From assembly GCF_009914755.1 (NCBI RefSeq), contig NC_060927.1: 64,000 bases of DNA; one strand, 5' to 3'. The translations under genes and the position numbers were made by a program. Source of the DNA: the human T2T-CHM13v2.0 reference genome, Homo sapiens. This document shows, piece after piece, positions 1 through 13,749 of the stretch (positions are counted from its first letter, which is position 1; every line of letters begins with the position of its first letter). The notes below the pieces were generated by a model. It was not told where the DNA came from, did no database searches, and saw only the letters and a program-made list of their open reading frames with translations.

Positions 1-319
1 CTCCTGCAGGAAATTGCAGGAGGCGCTTGTGAACTGAATGGGAAGTTAAACTAGGTGACATGCTAAAGCATCCCTCCATCCTGAGATTTGATGATCCCAG
101 GCTTCTAGAGCGAAAAGGTAAGTTGGCATTCACGCTCTGCAAGGCCGGCCCTTTGGAAATAGCGGGTGGAGAGGTCCTAGTCGGATTTCCTCAGCCTGCA
201 TCGAGACATTGCTATTACTACAAAGACGGAACTGAACATTTTCAGATTCTTCCTCTGCTTGCTCCCTGCTCCCCCAGCCTTTCTCAGGTCCATGAGGGAT
301 ATTTAGAGTGAGAACTTAC

Positions 320-369
320 CGCTTGGTCCAGGAGACCGTTCTCATCTGAATCATAGAGGCGAAACATGA
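320..369 (-). CDS. DGKG: DGKG coding exon 7 (F-MFRLYDSDENGLLDQA), first EF-hand loop
   Basis: 50 nt; acceptor TTTCTTACAG, donor GCG|GTAAGT; phase 1 joins the T of the previous exon to give TTC (Phe); DSDENG EF-hand loop; matches recalled human DGKG protein. Confidence 0.97.
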
Positions 370-724
370 CTGTAAGAAACACAGAGGTAAGCCTTGAGGT
401 GTCCTCTAAGAAGCGCGGATGGCTGAAGTTTTGATGCTGCCAGGTTTTTAGATTAGTTCTGTCACCACTGTGACGAAGGTTATGGCAGCCAGCTCTCCCT
501 CCCTCTGAGCACAGAGTCTGACTTCCTTACAGAGAGGCTGGGCCAAGGGAGGAGAACCACCTGGCTTCTGGACCTGTCTAAGCAATACCTATGTGGCTGA
601 TGAAGTCCAGGTCATGAGTGTAATTCCCTGGGGAGCATGAACACATTTCAGCGTCACTAGAACACAACCTAAAGCAAATGCCCAGCTGGGGGTGGGGCAG
701 AGGCACCAGAATTTTTCTTCTATT

Positions 725-950
725 GAGCATAGAAAGTGTAGAGTTAGGCAGATTTAAATCCTAGGACTGCCCTGCCACTTCTGGGGGGTGCCCAACAAGT
801 TACTTAACTTCTTTGAGCTCAGCTTCCTTATCTATAAAGTGGAGAGAATAATAGTTGGTTTCTCCTAGGATTATTATGAAGATTAATGTGTAACTGATAG
901 GCCAAATCAACTGGGCTTAGAACATAGAAAGCACTCAACAGATGTTACTA
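725..950 (+). mobile_element. MIR SINE
   Basis: Core CAAGTTACTTAACTTCTTTGAGCTCAGCTTCCTTATCTATAAAGTGG; approximate ends. Confidence 0.7.
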
Positions 951-1326
951 ATTTTTATTTTCCTTTTCAAATGAACATTTATATATGGCATTTAACATAT
1001 ACAAGGTACTGTCCTATAGACTTTCTCATTATTGCTTAATCCTCAATAATGCTATGGGGTAGTTATTACGGAAGCCATCTTTTCCTTTTTCTAAAGGTAT
1101 TCGGAAATACGCTATTCAGAAACATCTTCAATCACGTTCTAACTGCTGGGAAGTGATGTAGGATAAGGAAGATCTGGGAGAAAAATCTGGACAAGGGACT
1201 ACATGTTTACTTATGGGACCTGGAAACCTATGTTTTACTCAACCAAAAGGAAAAGATCCTGTCTGTGGTCTCATAAGTCAGCATGGCAGGAAGCAGAGAT
1301 AAGCATTTCTTCATTTTCCTGCTATT

Positions 1327-1642
<316 letters not shown>

Positions 1643-2381
1643 TTTCCTGCTATTGTTTAAAACCCTTCATCATGCCTGCTTTCTCTGCGGAGCACCCGTT
1701 GACTGATGCGGTGCAACCACTTGGGGCACGTACCAGCCTGGTCCCCTTATTTCTGCTAAGTTGTCCTTGTGTCATCATTTCCTCCTAGATGTTTTAATGT
1801 CTCTGCACCTTGTGTTTTTTTCAGGGGTGCATCGCTGGTCAAAGTCAAAGTCCTTTAAAGGTAGGGTCATGGGCTTTCGATTCTTTGTGATTCCTCAGAA
1901 GGTCCCAGTCAGAGGCATGCATCGTATGCTGCTGACTCACCCAGCAGATGGTTGAATGACATAGAGGACAGACCTTTTCTGCTAGCATTATTCCAGGACT
2001 CTGGGCCTAGGCGACTCTCCAACGCTGACCTCTCTCTGGTCCTATTGTGCATGAACAATAGAACTAGAAAGGCCTGAGTAAGCATCCTTATTTTAGCAGT
2101 GTAACCTTGGGCAAGTCTTTTAACCTTCTTGTGCCTTCCTTCTAGGTTACAATGAGGTTAAAATGAGAATGCATTCAAAGTACTTAGCAAATAGAAGGTG
2201 TTTATCAATGATAGTTGTTATTATTGCATTGGCAATAGGTGTGGGATTTCAGGCTATTATTCCCAAAAAATACATGTTTGGTTTTTAAAAAGAAAAGTTT
2301 AATTTGTTTTCAGTCCTTAAAGTTAAGGAAGGATATAAATTGATATGGTTTAATAAAAAGCAAACCAAAATGAAAACTCTA

Positions 2382-2735
<354 letters not shown>

Positions 2736-2744
2736 GGAAAAAAT

Positions 2745-3180
2745 TAGCAAAAGATGGAGAGGGATCCAAAAGATTAAAAGAGAGTAAAGAGACATAATAA
2801 CCAGTGGTGATGTATGAATTTTACTCGGATCCTGATTCAAACAAACAATTAAAAATATCTAGGATAATTGGAAAAATGTGAATACTGACTATTTGATAAT
2901 AGCAAAAGGAATCATTTTCTTTAGCTGTAATGATGGTATTGAGGTTATATTTAAGAAGAAGAGTCTGCGATTTTAGAGGTACATACTGAAATATTTACAG
3001 ATTATATGATGCCTGGAATTTGCTTCAAGATACTCTGAGGCAGAGGGAATGGTGGGAAGTATAAACACAACAAGATTGACCATGAGTTGATAATTGTTGA
3101 AACTGGATGATGGGGCCACAGATGTTCACTGTACTCTCTACTTTTATCTTTGAAATTTTCTGTAATAAAAAGTTTTAACA
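2745..3180 (+). mobile_element. Old L1 (L1MC/ME-type) 3' end
   Basis: Typical old L1 3' UTR words, ending TTTGAAATTTTCTGTAATAAAAAGTT. Confidence 0.6.
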
Positions 3181-4382
3181 TTTCTTTGCATGGTCATTAT
3201 AAGACTCAGTTGGAGAGTCATTAATATAAAAAAATCTGTCACCTTCTCTTTGGTAGTCACTAACAAATACAATGCCTGAAACTCAAAATCCAGCTAAATG
3301 CTGGAAATAATTTGATGTTTCACTTTTAACATTAGCTAGAAGAAAACAGAAATCTGCTACATTTGCCACCAAATTAGCACTTAAGACTTGCAATTGTTAA
3401 CACTTCAAACCTATGGGAGAGATTTTAAGCTCAGCTAATGAGCAAACTGTTTCATTTTGTTTTTGGCAGGAATTAACCTTTGGCAGACTTCCCTTGCTTA
3501 TGTTTAAGTTTTGTTGACTAGTCTTATTATTAACTGGAATTTTGACTTTGGCTGTAACATGTACATTTTTTTCCCCTTACTGTCTACTTAAGTTCCCAAG
3601 AGAAGCAAAGACAATACAGATTTTTTAACAAGGTCCTGTCATCTCCTATTTTTTTAGAAGTATGTCTGTAGGCTCACAGAAGCCAGGGAAACCATCACTG
3701 GACTGAATCATCTACAAGACTGCAGGCTGTTTCAGCCACTGTGAACTTTCTGCCCCCAGCTCTTACTCTCCTCCTGAAGACATGTTTTTAAAACCTACTT
3801 TAGTAGCACCACGAAACTGAGCTCAACTCCTTTAATTAACTGGCCCCCTCGTTCTCTAGAGGCCAAGAATCTTGGGGTGGCGGGGGGGCATAGGTAGAGA
3901 AATGGACAAAGGCTTATCAAGACAGAGGTTGATGAGATCTCAAGAAAAGAATATTTCCTCATAGTTAAAGAGTTGCCTGGGCACAGAATAGGGGAAGGAG
4001 GACAGATGTTGAATATCTTTCTTTAAAAAATCTATTAAGAGGAGGTAGCAGTTTTCTGAGTAAAGGCTTTCAGGAAGTCCTGCCAGCAAAGCAAGGAAGT
4101 CTTGACCACTTGATGGGACCCCTTCCCTTTCCAGATTCTGGTTCTCAATACCTGGGTTTCAGATGCCCTTCCCATGTGATACACAACTGGCAATATGTCC
4201 CAGGGTGGATTCTAGGAGTTGTTCATATCACTTTTGGTAACAGGACAAAGAAACCTCCCCAAAGAGGCGGGACGCATATCCGTGATATCAACTCAATCTC
4301 CAGTGTGTTTAGGAATAATGGATAGAACCCCAGATCCTTCTCTAGGAAAAAGCTGAAGCCCCTTGACAGGGTGAGCACTTAC

Positions 4383-4553
4383 ACTCCAGCTTATCCTGAG
4401 GCCTCCCCGTCTCCAGCAGGGACAGGTAGCACACAACATCCTTCAGGTATACCACTGGGGATTCCGAGCTTGAAGACCGAGGGACGGGGGGTTCCAGGGG
4501 GCTCGCAGCCACTTGGTCTTCAGCTGGTGCTTGCTTCTCAGCCATATTTGATT
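4383..4553 (-). CDS. DGKG: DGKG coding exon 6 (E-SNMAEKQ...VVYLKDVVCYLSLLETGRPQDKLE)
   Basis: 171 nt, phase 1-1; acceptor TTCATCGCAG, donor T|GTAAGT; LKDVVCYLSLLE-GRP-DKLE is the conserved type I DGK motif; lies inside ORF 4342..4587. Confidence 0.98.
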
Positions 4554-6109
4554 CTGCGATGAACAAAAGGAAAACATCCAAGGACATTTTCTGTTTAGTA
4601 AATATTAACCCCTCTTTGTTACCCCATCCTTTTCATGGTAGAGGCAAGAATTTTGTAGAAGTGTCTTCAAAAGCTTTGGTTACATAGATGTGACCAAATT
4701 AGTGGCCCTAGAAATCCAACTTGTGGAGTTCATATTCTCTGAAGGGATCCCATGCTGACCCCTTTAAGAGTCTATTTCCTTGCAGGAAATTCATCTATAC
4801 TCTGAATATTCAGAAAAGATGATAGTGATTATTGGTAATATCAATAATCAACAGGTAAATGTCATTTGGCCTACTTTTTTGGGAACATACCCAACTTATA
4901 GAAGTAATTTTGGCTGGGATTTCAAAATGGTAAATGGCCAACAGTCATTTCTCAATAGACCTTGCAATTTTCTTTTCAAACACATTTAAAGACACATAAA
5001 GGATGAATATTCAAAAGAGAAAACCGGGATTGATAATTAACGAATCTCCAGAAACTAGGAAGAACTCAAACTAACTGCAAGTCTAATTTGGATGAAGAAA
5101 ATGCAGAAAGTGGATTATTGTACCACAAGAATGGGGTAAGTTTTCCCTTTAAAATTTCTCCTTTCTAAGGTAGGAAAACACTTTGTCTCTTCCACACTCT
5201 GTCCTGTGGTTCAGAAATATAAGCTCTATTACTAACAAGAAAACTGGGCACCCCTGTTTTCCTGTGTGAATTCTATTTTTTGAGACACTTTGAGTGCTGT
5301 CTTCCGTCTCTACCTCCATGCTCATCAGAAATGATCTCTTAATATCTACTAGGAGTGTACAACTCACAGAAAACAACTAGCCAGGGAACAAAGGGAAGAT
5401 GGACAGTGGAAAATCCAATGTTTTAGGTGTTGTTATATTATACCACCAAGTAACAAAGTACTGAAGGTAGAGGCAGTGGGAGAGACAGCCTTGATCGTAA
5501 TGTCTGTTGAGGAAGGCAATGTTACCTGTACACTCTTCATTCGGAGAAACAAATAACCAAGCAATGGGAGTGAATATTCCATTTTAGGCAAGCAGGGCTG
5601 TGCTAGATGAAAGCCTTCCAGGTTCCAGGGATTCAGTTGTGGGTCTGAGGAGGGAGTTAACCATCATCCAGATGGACAATAGGAGAAACCAAAGGTCACT
5701 GACACAATTTGTATATTACAGAGGGCCTCATGAAGAAACCAAGATGGAGCCTAGGAAACGTGGCTGCAAAGTAAGGAAAGAAAGCTTCATCCTGAGGTCT
5801 CAGAAGACCAGATTTTCAAAAGTAATTTTCTACTGGACAAGGCCCTTAGCGGGATGCAAGAAGATATCACCTCTATTATACAAAAGCAGAAAGCCTCAGG
5901 GTTTGGCAAGTAGAGATGAAAATACAATAGGATGAGATAAAGACAGGGATAGTGAGATAGGGGAGGTTGTAATAAAATTACATATTTAATGAAGTATTAA
6001 GATTGTCACTGGAGGAAAACATGGGAACAGGCCTTTGTACTGTGTAGTGCATTACACCCAAAGTTATTGCTAGGTCCTCATATTATTCATCAATTAAAAC
6101 TCTATCAGT

Positions 6110-7575
6110 GACTTCTACCTTGACTAAAATGGGCTAACAGAGACCAGATTTACCCTCTCACCTAAAACAGTGACAAAACTGGACAAAATGTATGAAACAA
6201 TGGTTCATAGGACATTATATTATCAGGGAGGACCAAACACTGATCTCTGAGAAGATGAGATGACTCCTACAACTGCCACATCAGACTGTTTGGAAAGAGC
6301 TTCTAGGCCGCAGCACAGAGAAGGGGAAGCCAGGCCAACCCTGGAAGTCTCTCTGAGTGGAGGTGAAGCTGGAATCTGGAGCCCACAGTGGCTAGGATTC
6401 ACAGAGCAGGCACTGGAGAGGAGGGTATGCACAGAGAGCTAGCTCTGAATGTGTGTAGAAGGTCCCCTTTGAGTAACAGCAGAGAGTTCCCTTCAATTAT
6501 TCAGCTGAGTAGTAATTAGCACACTTGTGGAAGGAAAACACCTAAGGCTAAGGCTGGGGAAAGAACTAGGATTAGAGCGAATAATCCCTGGAGAGAACCA
6601 GGAGTAATGCCTATTCCCACCAACCAGGGTAGAAACCCCCCATAATTCGTGAATCATTGATAGAGTATTCAGAAACATTTTTTCTCAGTAGTGAGTAAAT
6701 GCCTTTCTGGTCCTGTCCAGTGAAGCTTAAAAGATAGATCCAAAAAGATCAGACTGTTTCCAAGTAACCTAACTGTACCTAAAAACAAAGCTCAGGACTT
6801 TGTAGGAATGTGAAAATCCAGTACTCAACATTTAGTGAAGAGGCACCATAAATTCTATACAAATTCTTCCAGAAAATTTAAGAGGAGGGAATCCTACGCA
6901 ACCCTTTTGGTGAGGCCAGCATTACTCTAAAGCCAAAAACAGACAATGACATGATAAGACATGAACATGCAAATCAATATCCCTTATGAACACAGAGGCA
7001 AACGTTCTTAATATTTTAGCAAATTGAGGCTCATAATATGTAAAAAGAAATTAAATAAGACCAAATAAACAATTAAGTACATGAAAAGATACTCAACATC
7101 ATTAAAGCACAAGAATATTTATAACATTTTTATTTATGATAATTATAAATTGGAAGCAATCTAGATGTCCATCAGTAGGTTAACAGACGAACAAATTGTG
7201 GAATATCTATGTATTAAAACACTAATCAGCAACTAAAATATGTGAACTATTGATATATACAAAATGGATAAATCTCAAAATTATTACATGGAGTGAAAAA
7301 AGGCAGACCCAAAAGAGTAGAGAGTGTATGATAACATTTATATAAAATCTAGACAATGTAATTTAATATATATGGCAGAAAGCAGATCAGTAGTTGTATG
7401 GGGATGAAGGGTGGGCGGGTAAGGAGGGTGGAGAAAAGGGATTACAAAGAAAACTTTTAGAGATGATGGGTATGTTCATCATATTAATTGTGGTACTAGT
7501 TTTACAGGTATATACGTGTGTCAAAACTTATTAATTATACACTTAAAACATGCAATTTTTTGCCAATTTACAACT
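6110..7575 (+). mobile_element. Old L1 (L1M) fragments
   Basis: ORF2-like AAATTCTTCCAGAAAA...GAGGCCAGCATTACTCT and 3' UTR-like CAAATTGTGGAATATCTAT...GGATAAATCTCAAAA; approximate ends. Confidence 0.6.
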
Positions 7576-8159
7576 CAATCCTTGGATCTTGAACCATTTC
7601 TCTAGTTTTCACTGAAGTCTACTGCTCACTCCTGTCATAGAGATGCAGGGGTCCAGGAAGGCTGAGAGGCACTGACACTGTCTCATTAGTGTCCTTCCTC
7701 TTCATTCTGCTTTATATGAAATAGCCCTGACCTATGGCCATCTGAGTACGACCCTCAGGTACCACCAGTAAAAAATGCCAACACCCTCTTCCGGATCACA
7801 GAGGTCCTGTCCTGGTGCCATGTCCTAAACCCTTTCATGTGACGGCTCTTGGGCAGACCTGACTTGTTCCACTTTCTCCCTTGGTATCTGTGTTACTTGT
7901 TCCCTTTCAGTGGGGCAGTGTGGCATAGTGGGAAGAGCACCAGACCAGGCAGCAGAAGACCGTGATTCCACCGCTGAGTTTGTGTTCAGTTGTGTGTGAT
8001 TTAACACACAAAGTATGTGTGTGTGATTTAACACAAGCAGGCTTACTCCACCACACTCAACCTCAGTTTTCTCATCTGTTTAAAGAGGGGATTGCATTAA
8101 AACTGATGTTTACCCAAAGTCTTGAATTACAGAAATCATTCAAGTAAATGACTTAACTA

Positions 8160-8492
<333 letters not shown>

Positions 8493-8644
8493 GAAGAAAC
8501 TGGGTCCCAGATTATCTATACAATACAGTCTGATCCCAATTCTGTAAAAAAATTATAGAAAAATCTACAAGGAGATTACACACACACACATGTAATTGCA
8601 TTGGTAAAATTATGGATGATTTTATTGTGCTTTTTTAAAAACAC

Positions 8645-8990
8645 ATTTTTTAGAGCACTGTAAAATTCAGAGTAAAACTAGAAGAGGGTCCAGAGGTTTT
8701 TCACACACCCTGCTTCCCTACACATGCATAACCTACCATGCCTCACTCCCCCACCAGAGTGGTACATTTGTTACAGCTGATGAATACATCAACACATCAT
8801 TATCTCCTGAAGTCTATAATTTGCATTAGGGTTCACTCTTGGTGTTCTACATTCTGTGGGTTTGGGCAAATGTACAATGACATGCATTCACCATTATAGT
8901 ATACAGAGTAGTTTCGCTGCCCTAAAAATCCTCGGTGCTTTGCCTATTCATCCTTCCCTTCCCCTGACCCTTGACACCACTGATCTTTGT
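8645..8990 (-). mobile_element. L1MC-type 3' end
   Basis: GGTACATTTGTTACA...GGGTTCACTCTTGGTGTT...GGGTTTGGGCAAATGTA matches recalled L1MC 3' UTR antisense. Confidence 0.65.
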
Positions 8991-10029
8991 TGTTTCTTTA
9001 TTTTTTTGTGTCCTTCAAATTTCTTACAATGTGAGTGTATTACTTTTATAATTTGGAAAAACTAACACAAGATACTGGGGGACTTTCCTTGAGATTTCAA
9101 TATTCCAAGTCGCTGAAACATCTCGACAGCCTGAGAAACTAACGAAACACCAGGACACTGAAGTTCTCCTTGTTCATCCCAGTTAGTCCTGGGCCTTCAT
9201 GAAGGGAAAGGTGGGCTCAGCCTTTCCTGAGCTGACACTCTGACAGTGATAGATTGCTCAGGCCTCCGAGCCGAAGTCTGGACCCTGAAAGCCCTGCTCT
9301 TCTGTCTTTATGGCTCTGGGAATGAAGTGGGCTTTGCTAGATCTGAGCTTGGAGACTGATCTGATAGGCCTAGACAGGCCACATGAAATAAGAATCTAAG
9401 CTCTTTCCCTGGCTTCCACCTGGGCAACAGGAAAAGGCTGGTCTTTTCAGCAGATGGCCTGATTGAAGGTGAGTCCAGGGCTTGGCTATTCCTTGCCGGC
9501 AGAGGCCCCTCTCTGTGGTGACTGCCTGGTCCTATAATTCTTGTTTCTGGTGAACAGGGACATCTAATTAAGACATCTGTGGAAGAGGGCCTACCAGGAA
9601 AAGGTTTTTTCCCTTAAATCTCAAGTGTCAAAAGAAGATAAAAAAATGCTGTATACCTCCTTGGGCCAAGAGTCAGATAATTGCCCTTTCATGATTTTAC
9701 TATAGGGGGCTGATTTTTCCCATACACAAGGAAAATGGTACATGACAAAATCACTTCTCCAGGAGGAAATCTCTGGAAGTTTCTCTTTTAGTCCCAGAAT
9801 GATACAACTATTGCAAATACGCATGGAGGTCTTAAATAAGTCAGCTAATTTCCGTTATCATCATTGATCATCTTTTCTCAAATATCACATAAAATGACAT
9901 ATCCCCAATAAGTTCTTCCTTGGTACCTCAGAAACATTAGCCACTAAAACACAACCTGCTCAGACAATTTGGAACCTCAGTGAATGAATTGTATCTTCTT
10001 CTAGGTTCCTCTTGAAGTTCCAGATAAAA

Positions 10030-10230
<201 letters not shown>

Positions 10231-10345
10231 GTCTCTAGGTAAATAATTTGGGGCAGGATGCTTTTTACCACTGAGTTTCTTGCTGGGAGTTTAAAATCTC
10301 AGAGCTCCTAGTTTCACACTTTCCTCCCTAGTATGAGAATGATCT

Positions 10346-10463
10346 ATGCCTGAATATGCCTCCTCTAGTCCATAGAAGATATAAGAGTTATCTGTGCCTT
10401 ACACAGATGCCTGAATATGCCTCCTCTAGTCCATAGAAGATATAAGAGTTATCTGTGCCTTAC
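10346..10463. repeat. Perfect 57-bp tandem duplication with 4-nt spacer
   Basis: 10346-10402 identical to 10407-10463; spacer ACAG. Confidence 0.95.
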
Positions 10464-10894
10464 GTCCATTTCACCAAGGGGCTATGGACTAGCATGGCTG
10501 AGTGGCGTGCTGGGCAGGGCATGGACGAGCCAGCAATTTTGTGGAGTCTTGGCCTGCTGCTGTCCCTGAAGCCTTCGGGAAGGCACAGCTGCTCCTCATC
10601 CTTGCTTTCTGGTGCTCTGTGCATGGAGTTTGCTGAGCTTATGATCCAGGGGTAACTGTTTTTCCCCAACCATGCTCTGCTTTCCATCTATCATGACCTG
10701 TTTATCTCACCAGTCCTCAGTTAAACACTGAAAACTCGATAATCCTTCCAGTTTCTCTTTTTGCTGTGACAGGAGAAAAGATTAGAACTACATTGAAGAA
10801 ACTCTCTCTTCGAGGTCCCTGTTGCAATTAGTTCCCCTTCTCCTTCAGCTGTAGTACCTCTAATCTATCTTGTTTTATATACATTTAAAATATA

Positions 10895-11219
10895 GGCTGG
10901 GCGGGGTGGCTCACGCCTATAATCCCAGAACTTTGGGAGGCCGAGGTGGGCAGATCACGAGGTCAGGAGATCGAGATCATCCTGGCCAACATGGTGAAAG
11001 CCTGTTTCTACTAAAAATACCAAGAATTAGCCGGGTGTGGTGGCACGTGCCTGTAGTCCCAGCTACTCGAGAGACTGAGGCTCAAGAATCACTTGAACCA
11101 GGGAGGCGGAGGTCTCAGGGAGCTGAGATTGTGCCACTGCACTTCAGCCTGGTGACAGAGCGAGACTCCGTCTCAAAATAATAATAATAATAATAATAGT
11201 AATAATAATAATAATAATA
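10895..11219 (+). mobile_element. Alu (AluSc-like) with (AAT)n tail
   Basis: Full dimer; GATCACGAGGTCAGGAGATCGAG; trinucleotide tail. Confidence 0.93.
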
Positions 11220-11512
11220 CTGCATTCTTTTTCCCCTGGGCATATCCTAAGAGCTGGAATTCACCTTTGGATATCCATAAAGCTTTTCAATAAAATGATA
11301 ATGCACAGTAAAAAAAAAAAAAAAAAAAAAAAAAAAGGTCTGACTCTCTGAGTCTTTGTATTGAAAGCTTCAGGAACAACCTGGGAGAAAGAAAGCCCAT
11401 GAGAGACCTTTCATGGGAAGAGGATGCCCAGGTGACACACTTGGAGACTGAGGTTGCAGGCTGAAGGAGATAATGGCAGACCATACTGAGTTAAGAATAG
11501 AGTATACTTCTG

Positions 11513-11803
11513 TGCTGGGTGCGGTGGCTCATGCCTGTAATCCCAGCGCTTTTGGGTGGATCACTTGAGGTCAGGAGTTCGAGACCAGCCTGGCCAAGAT
11601 GGCAAAACCCTGTCTGTACTAAAAAAGTACAAAAATTAGCCAGGCGTGGCAGCACACTCTTGTAATTCCAGCTACTCAGGAGGCTGACGCACAAGAATAG
11701 CTTGAACCTGGGAGCTCGAGGCTGCAGTAGGCTGAGATTGTACCACTGCACTCCAGCCTGGGGGACAGAGCAAGACCTTATCTCAGACAAAAAAAAAAAA
11801 GAA
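11513..11803 (+). mobile_element. Alu (AluS/J) with short left-arm deletion
   Basis: 20-bp TSD AAGAATA(G/A)AGTATACTTCTG at 11493-11512 / 11804-11823. Confidence 0.93.
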
Positions 11804-11839
11804 AAGAATAAAGTATACTTCTGGAAGGTGGCCTGAATA

Positions 11840-12060
11840 ATAAATGCTAATATTTATCAAACATTTACTGTGTGCCAGGCACTGTTCTAAGCGTTAACAT
11901 ATCTAACTCACTTAACCTTCATAAGAACATTTGTTATCTCACTTAGGGACACTGAGGCACAGAGACGTTGTTCAAACATGCCCACGGTTACAGAGCTAGG
12001 TAGTGTTGGCTCTGGGAATCAAACCCAGGCATCCTGGCTCCTTAAGCAACATGCTCTGTT
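11840..12060 (-). mobile_element. MIR SINE
   Basis: TTTACTGTGTGCCAGGCACTGTTCTAAGC...ACTGAGGCACAGAGA. Confidence 0.75.
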
Positions 12061-12735
12061 GCCTGATCCAACTTGAGTTGATAGTACTCAGGACATTTGT
12101 ATTGAATATGAGAACAGAAATTAAGTATGGTAACCTTCACCTCTCATTTTTGTAGGAGCTTCTGGCCTTGGGCTGGCCAGCCAACAGCAGAGAGGAATGG
12201 CTTCCCATTGATAAATGTGTCAGGGAAGATTCCACATCTCTCACAGCCCAACAGTGGGCCTATGGGCAGCAGGCACCACTACAGCAGCTCCGCTGAGAGT
12301 GCAGCCTTGCTCATTCCACAGGAACCAACCACACCACCAGGACCACTGTGTCCTCTCTCTCTATAGGAAAGACTGCAGGAGTTTTGAGGTTGGATGATTC
12401 TGGATTGAATCCCTGGCTCCACAGGTCACACCAGTGGTATATAATCTCTTAAGGCCTCAGTTTCTCATGTGTAAAGTGGTGTGATTGTGAAGCTTAGATG
12501 AAATGTGTAATGAGCAGATGCCTGGCAAATATATCTTCAAGACCATTTGAGCTGGCTTCCTTTGCTAACTTATTAGCAACTCCTCAACTTATTCAAAATA
12601 GTGTATATATGTTGTTGGAAGTCAACAAGGGCACATTTTTACCCTCTTGCTCTGTTCCTCTCCAGACATCCACTGGTAGAGTCATCTGCACCTCAGCCTT
12701 ACAGCCACAGCCACCTCTCTCTGTCTGTCTGTCTG

Positions 12736-12742
<7 letters not shown>

Positions 12743-12790
<48 letters not shown>
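12743..12790. repeat. (CA)24 microsatellite preceded by (CTGT)n/(CT)n
   Basis: Read directly; uninterrupted. Confidence 0.97.
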
Positions 12791-12793
<3 letters not shown>

Positions 12794-13106
12794 CCCCTGA
12801 GAAGGCTCTCCACTTTTTCTGGGCAGGCAGACATATCAGAGATAAACATCTAGCAAGCTGTCCCAAGTCCTGACCTGCTCTGTTCTAGGGCAAGTGAAGC
12901 AAAAACCTTTACCCAGCCTCAGAATCCCAGAACATTCAAATGACAGGAGCCCCAGAGATGGAGGTTCTGAAGGCCACAGGAGGACCAGATCTGCATAAGA
13001 TTGCACAATTATATGAAGACAGCACTGTTGGTTAGGTTTCCCCACTTCTCCCCAAGGATGAGGTATTCCCTACTTTTCCCACAAGTCTTATATTCCAAAG
13101 ACTTAC

Positions 13107-13169
13107 CAGTATCAGGGGCACAGGCCTCGTCTGCTTTGGTGGCATTATCTGCATTCTGTATATTAGTAT
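13107..13169 (-). CDS. DGKG: DGKG coding exon 5 (D-TNIQNADNATKADEACAPDT)
   Basis: 63 nt, phase 1-1; acceptor TTTTTTTTCCTCAG, donor CTG|GTAAGT; lies inside ORF 13009..13200. Confidence 0.96.
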
Positions 13170-13749
13170 CTGAGGAAAAAAAAGAAGATTTAAAGACCAA
13201 CCCAGGCCCTCTAGCTTCTTGGAAGGGCAGGTACAGGACATCCCCATGGGACCTGGTTTGCCTTGATTGTGTCTGTGTCTCGGGGTTATGTGTCAGCTGG
13301 GTTCATGCTCGCTTATTGGGATTGGCTGTGTCTCCCCCATTATAGCCCAAGCTCCAGGAAGACAGGGATCATGGCTTCCCTCTCCTCTAACACTTCCAAG
13401 CTAGTCCCAGCCTGGACACAGAAGCTGAATGTGCTCCATCCGTGGACCGTCAGCCTTTGCTGAAGGCTCTCTTCCCCCACCATACATTATTTTGTGTCTC
13501 CTCTTTCCCCATCCTGCTCTTTGATCCATAGTGGCAGGAATTATGCCTCCTGTTTATTCCTCTTGCTGAGAGGTTCATCAGGGCTTCCCGTAAGGCACTA
13601 TGAGGAAAGGCGTCCCTGTCCCTTGGTTCATGTTCGCACTCTTGGGGCAGTTACTATGTTCAGGGGACCCTCTAGGAATGCAGTCTGTGGCTGTGGCAGG
13701 GGATGAGAGCTGCGCAAGGTCTTCCCATCTTGGGGAAAGCTCTGTGTAC

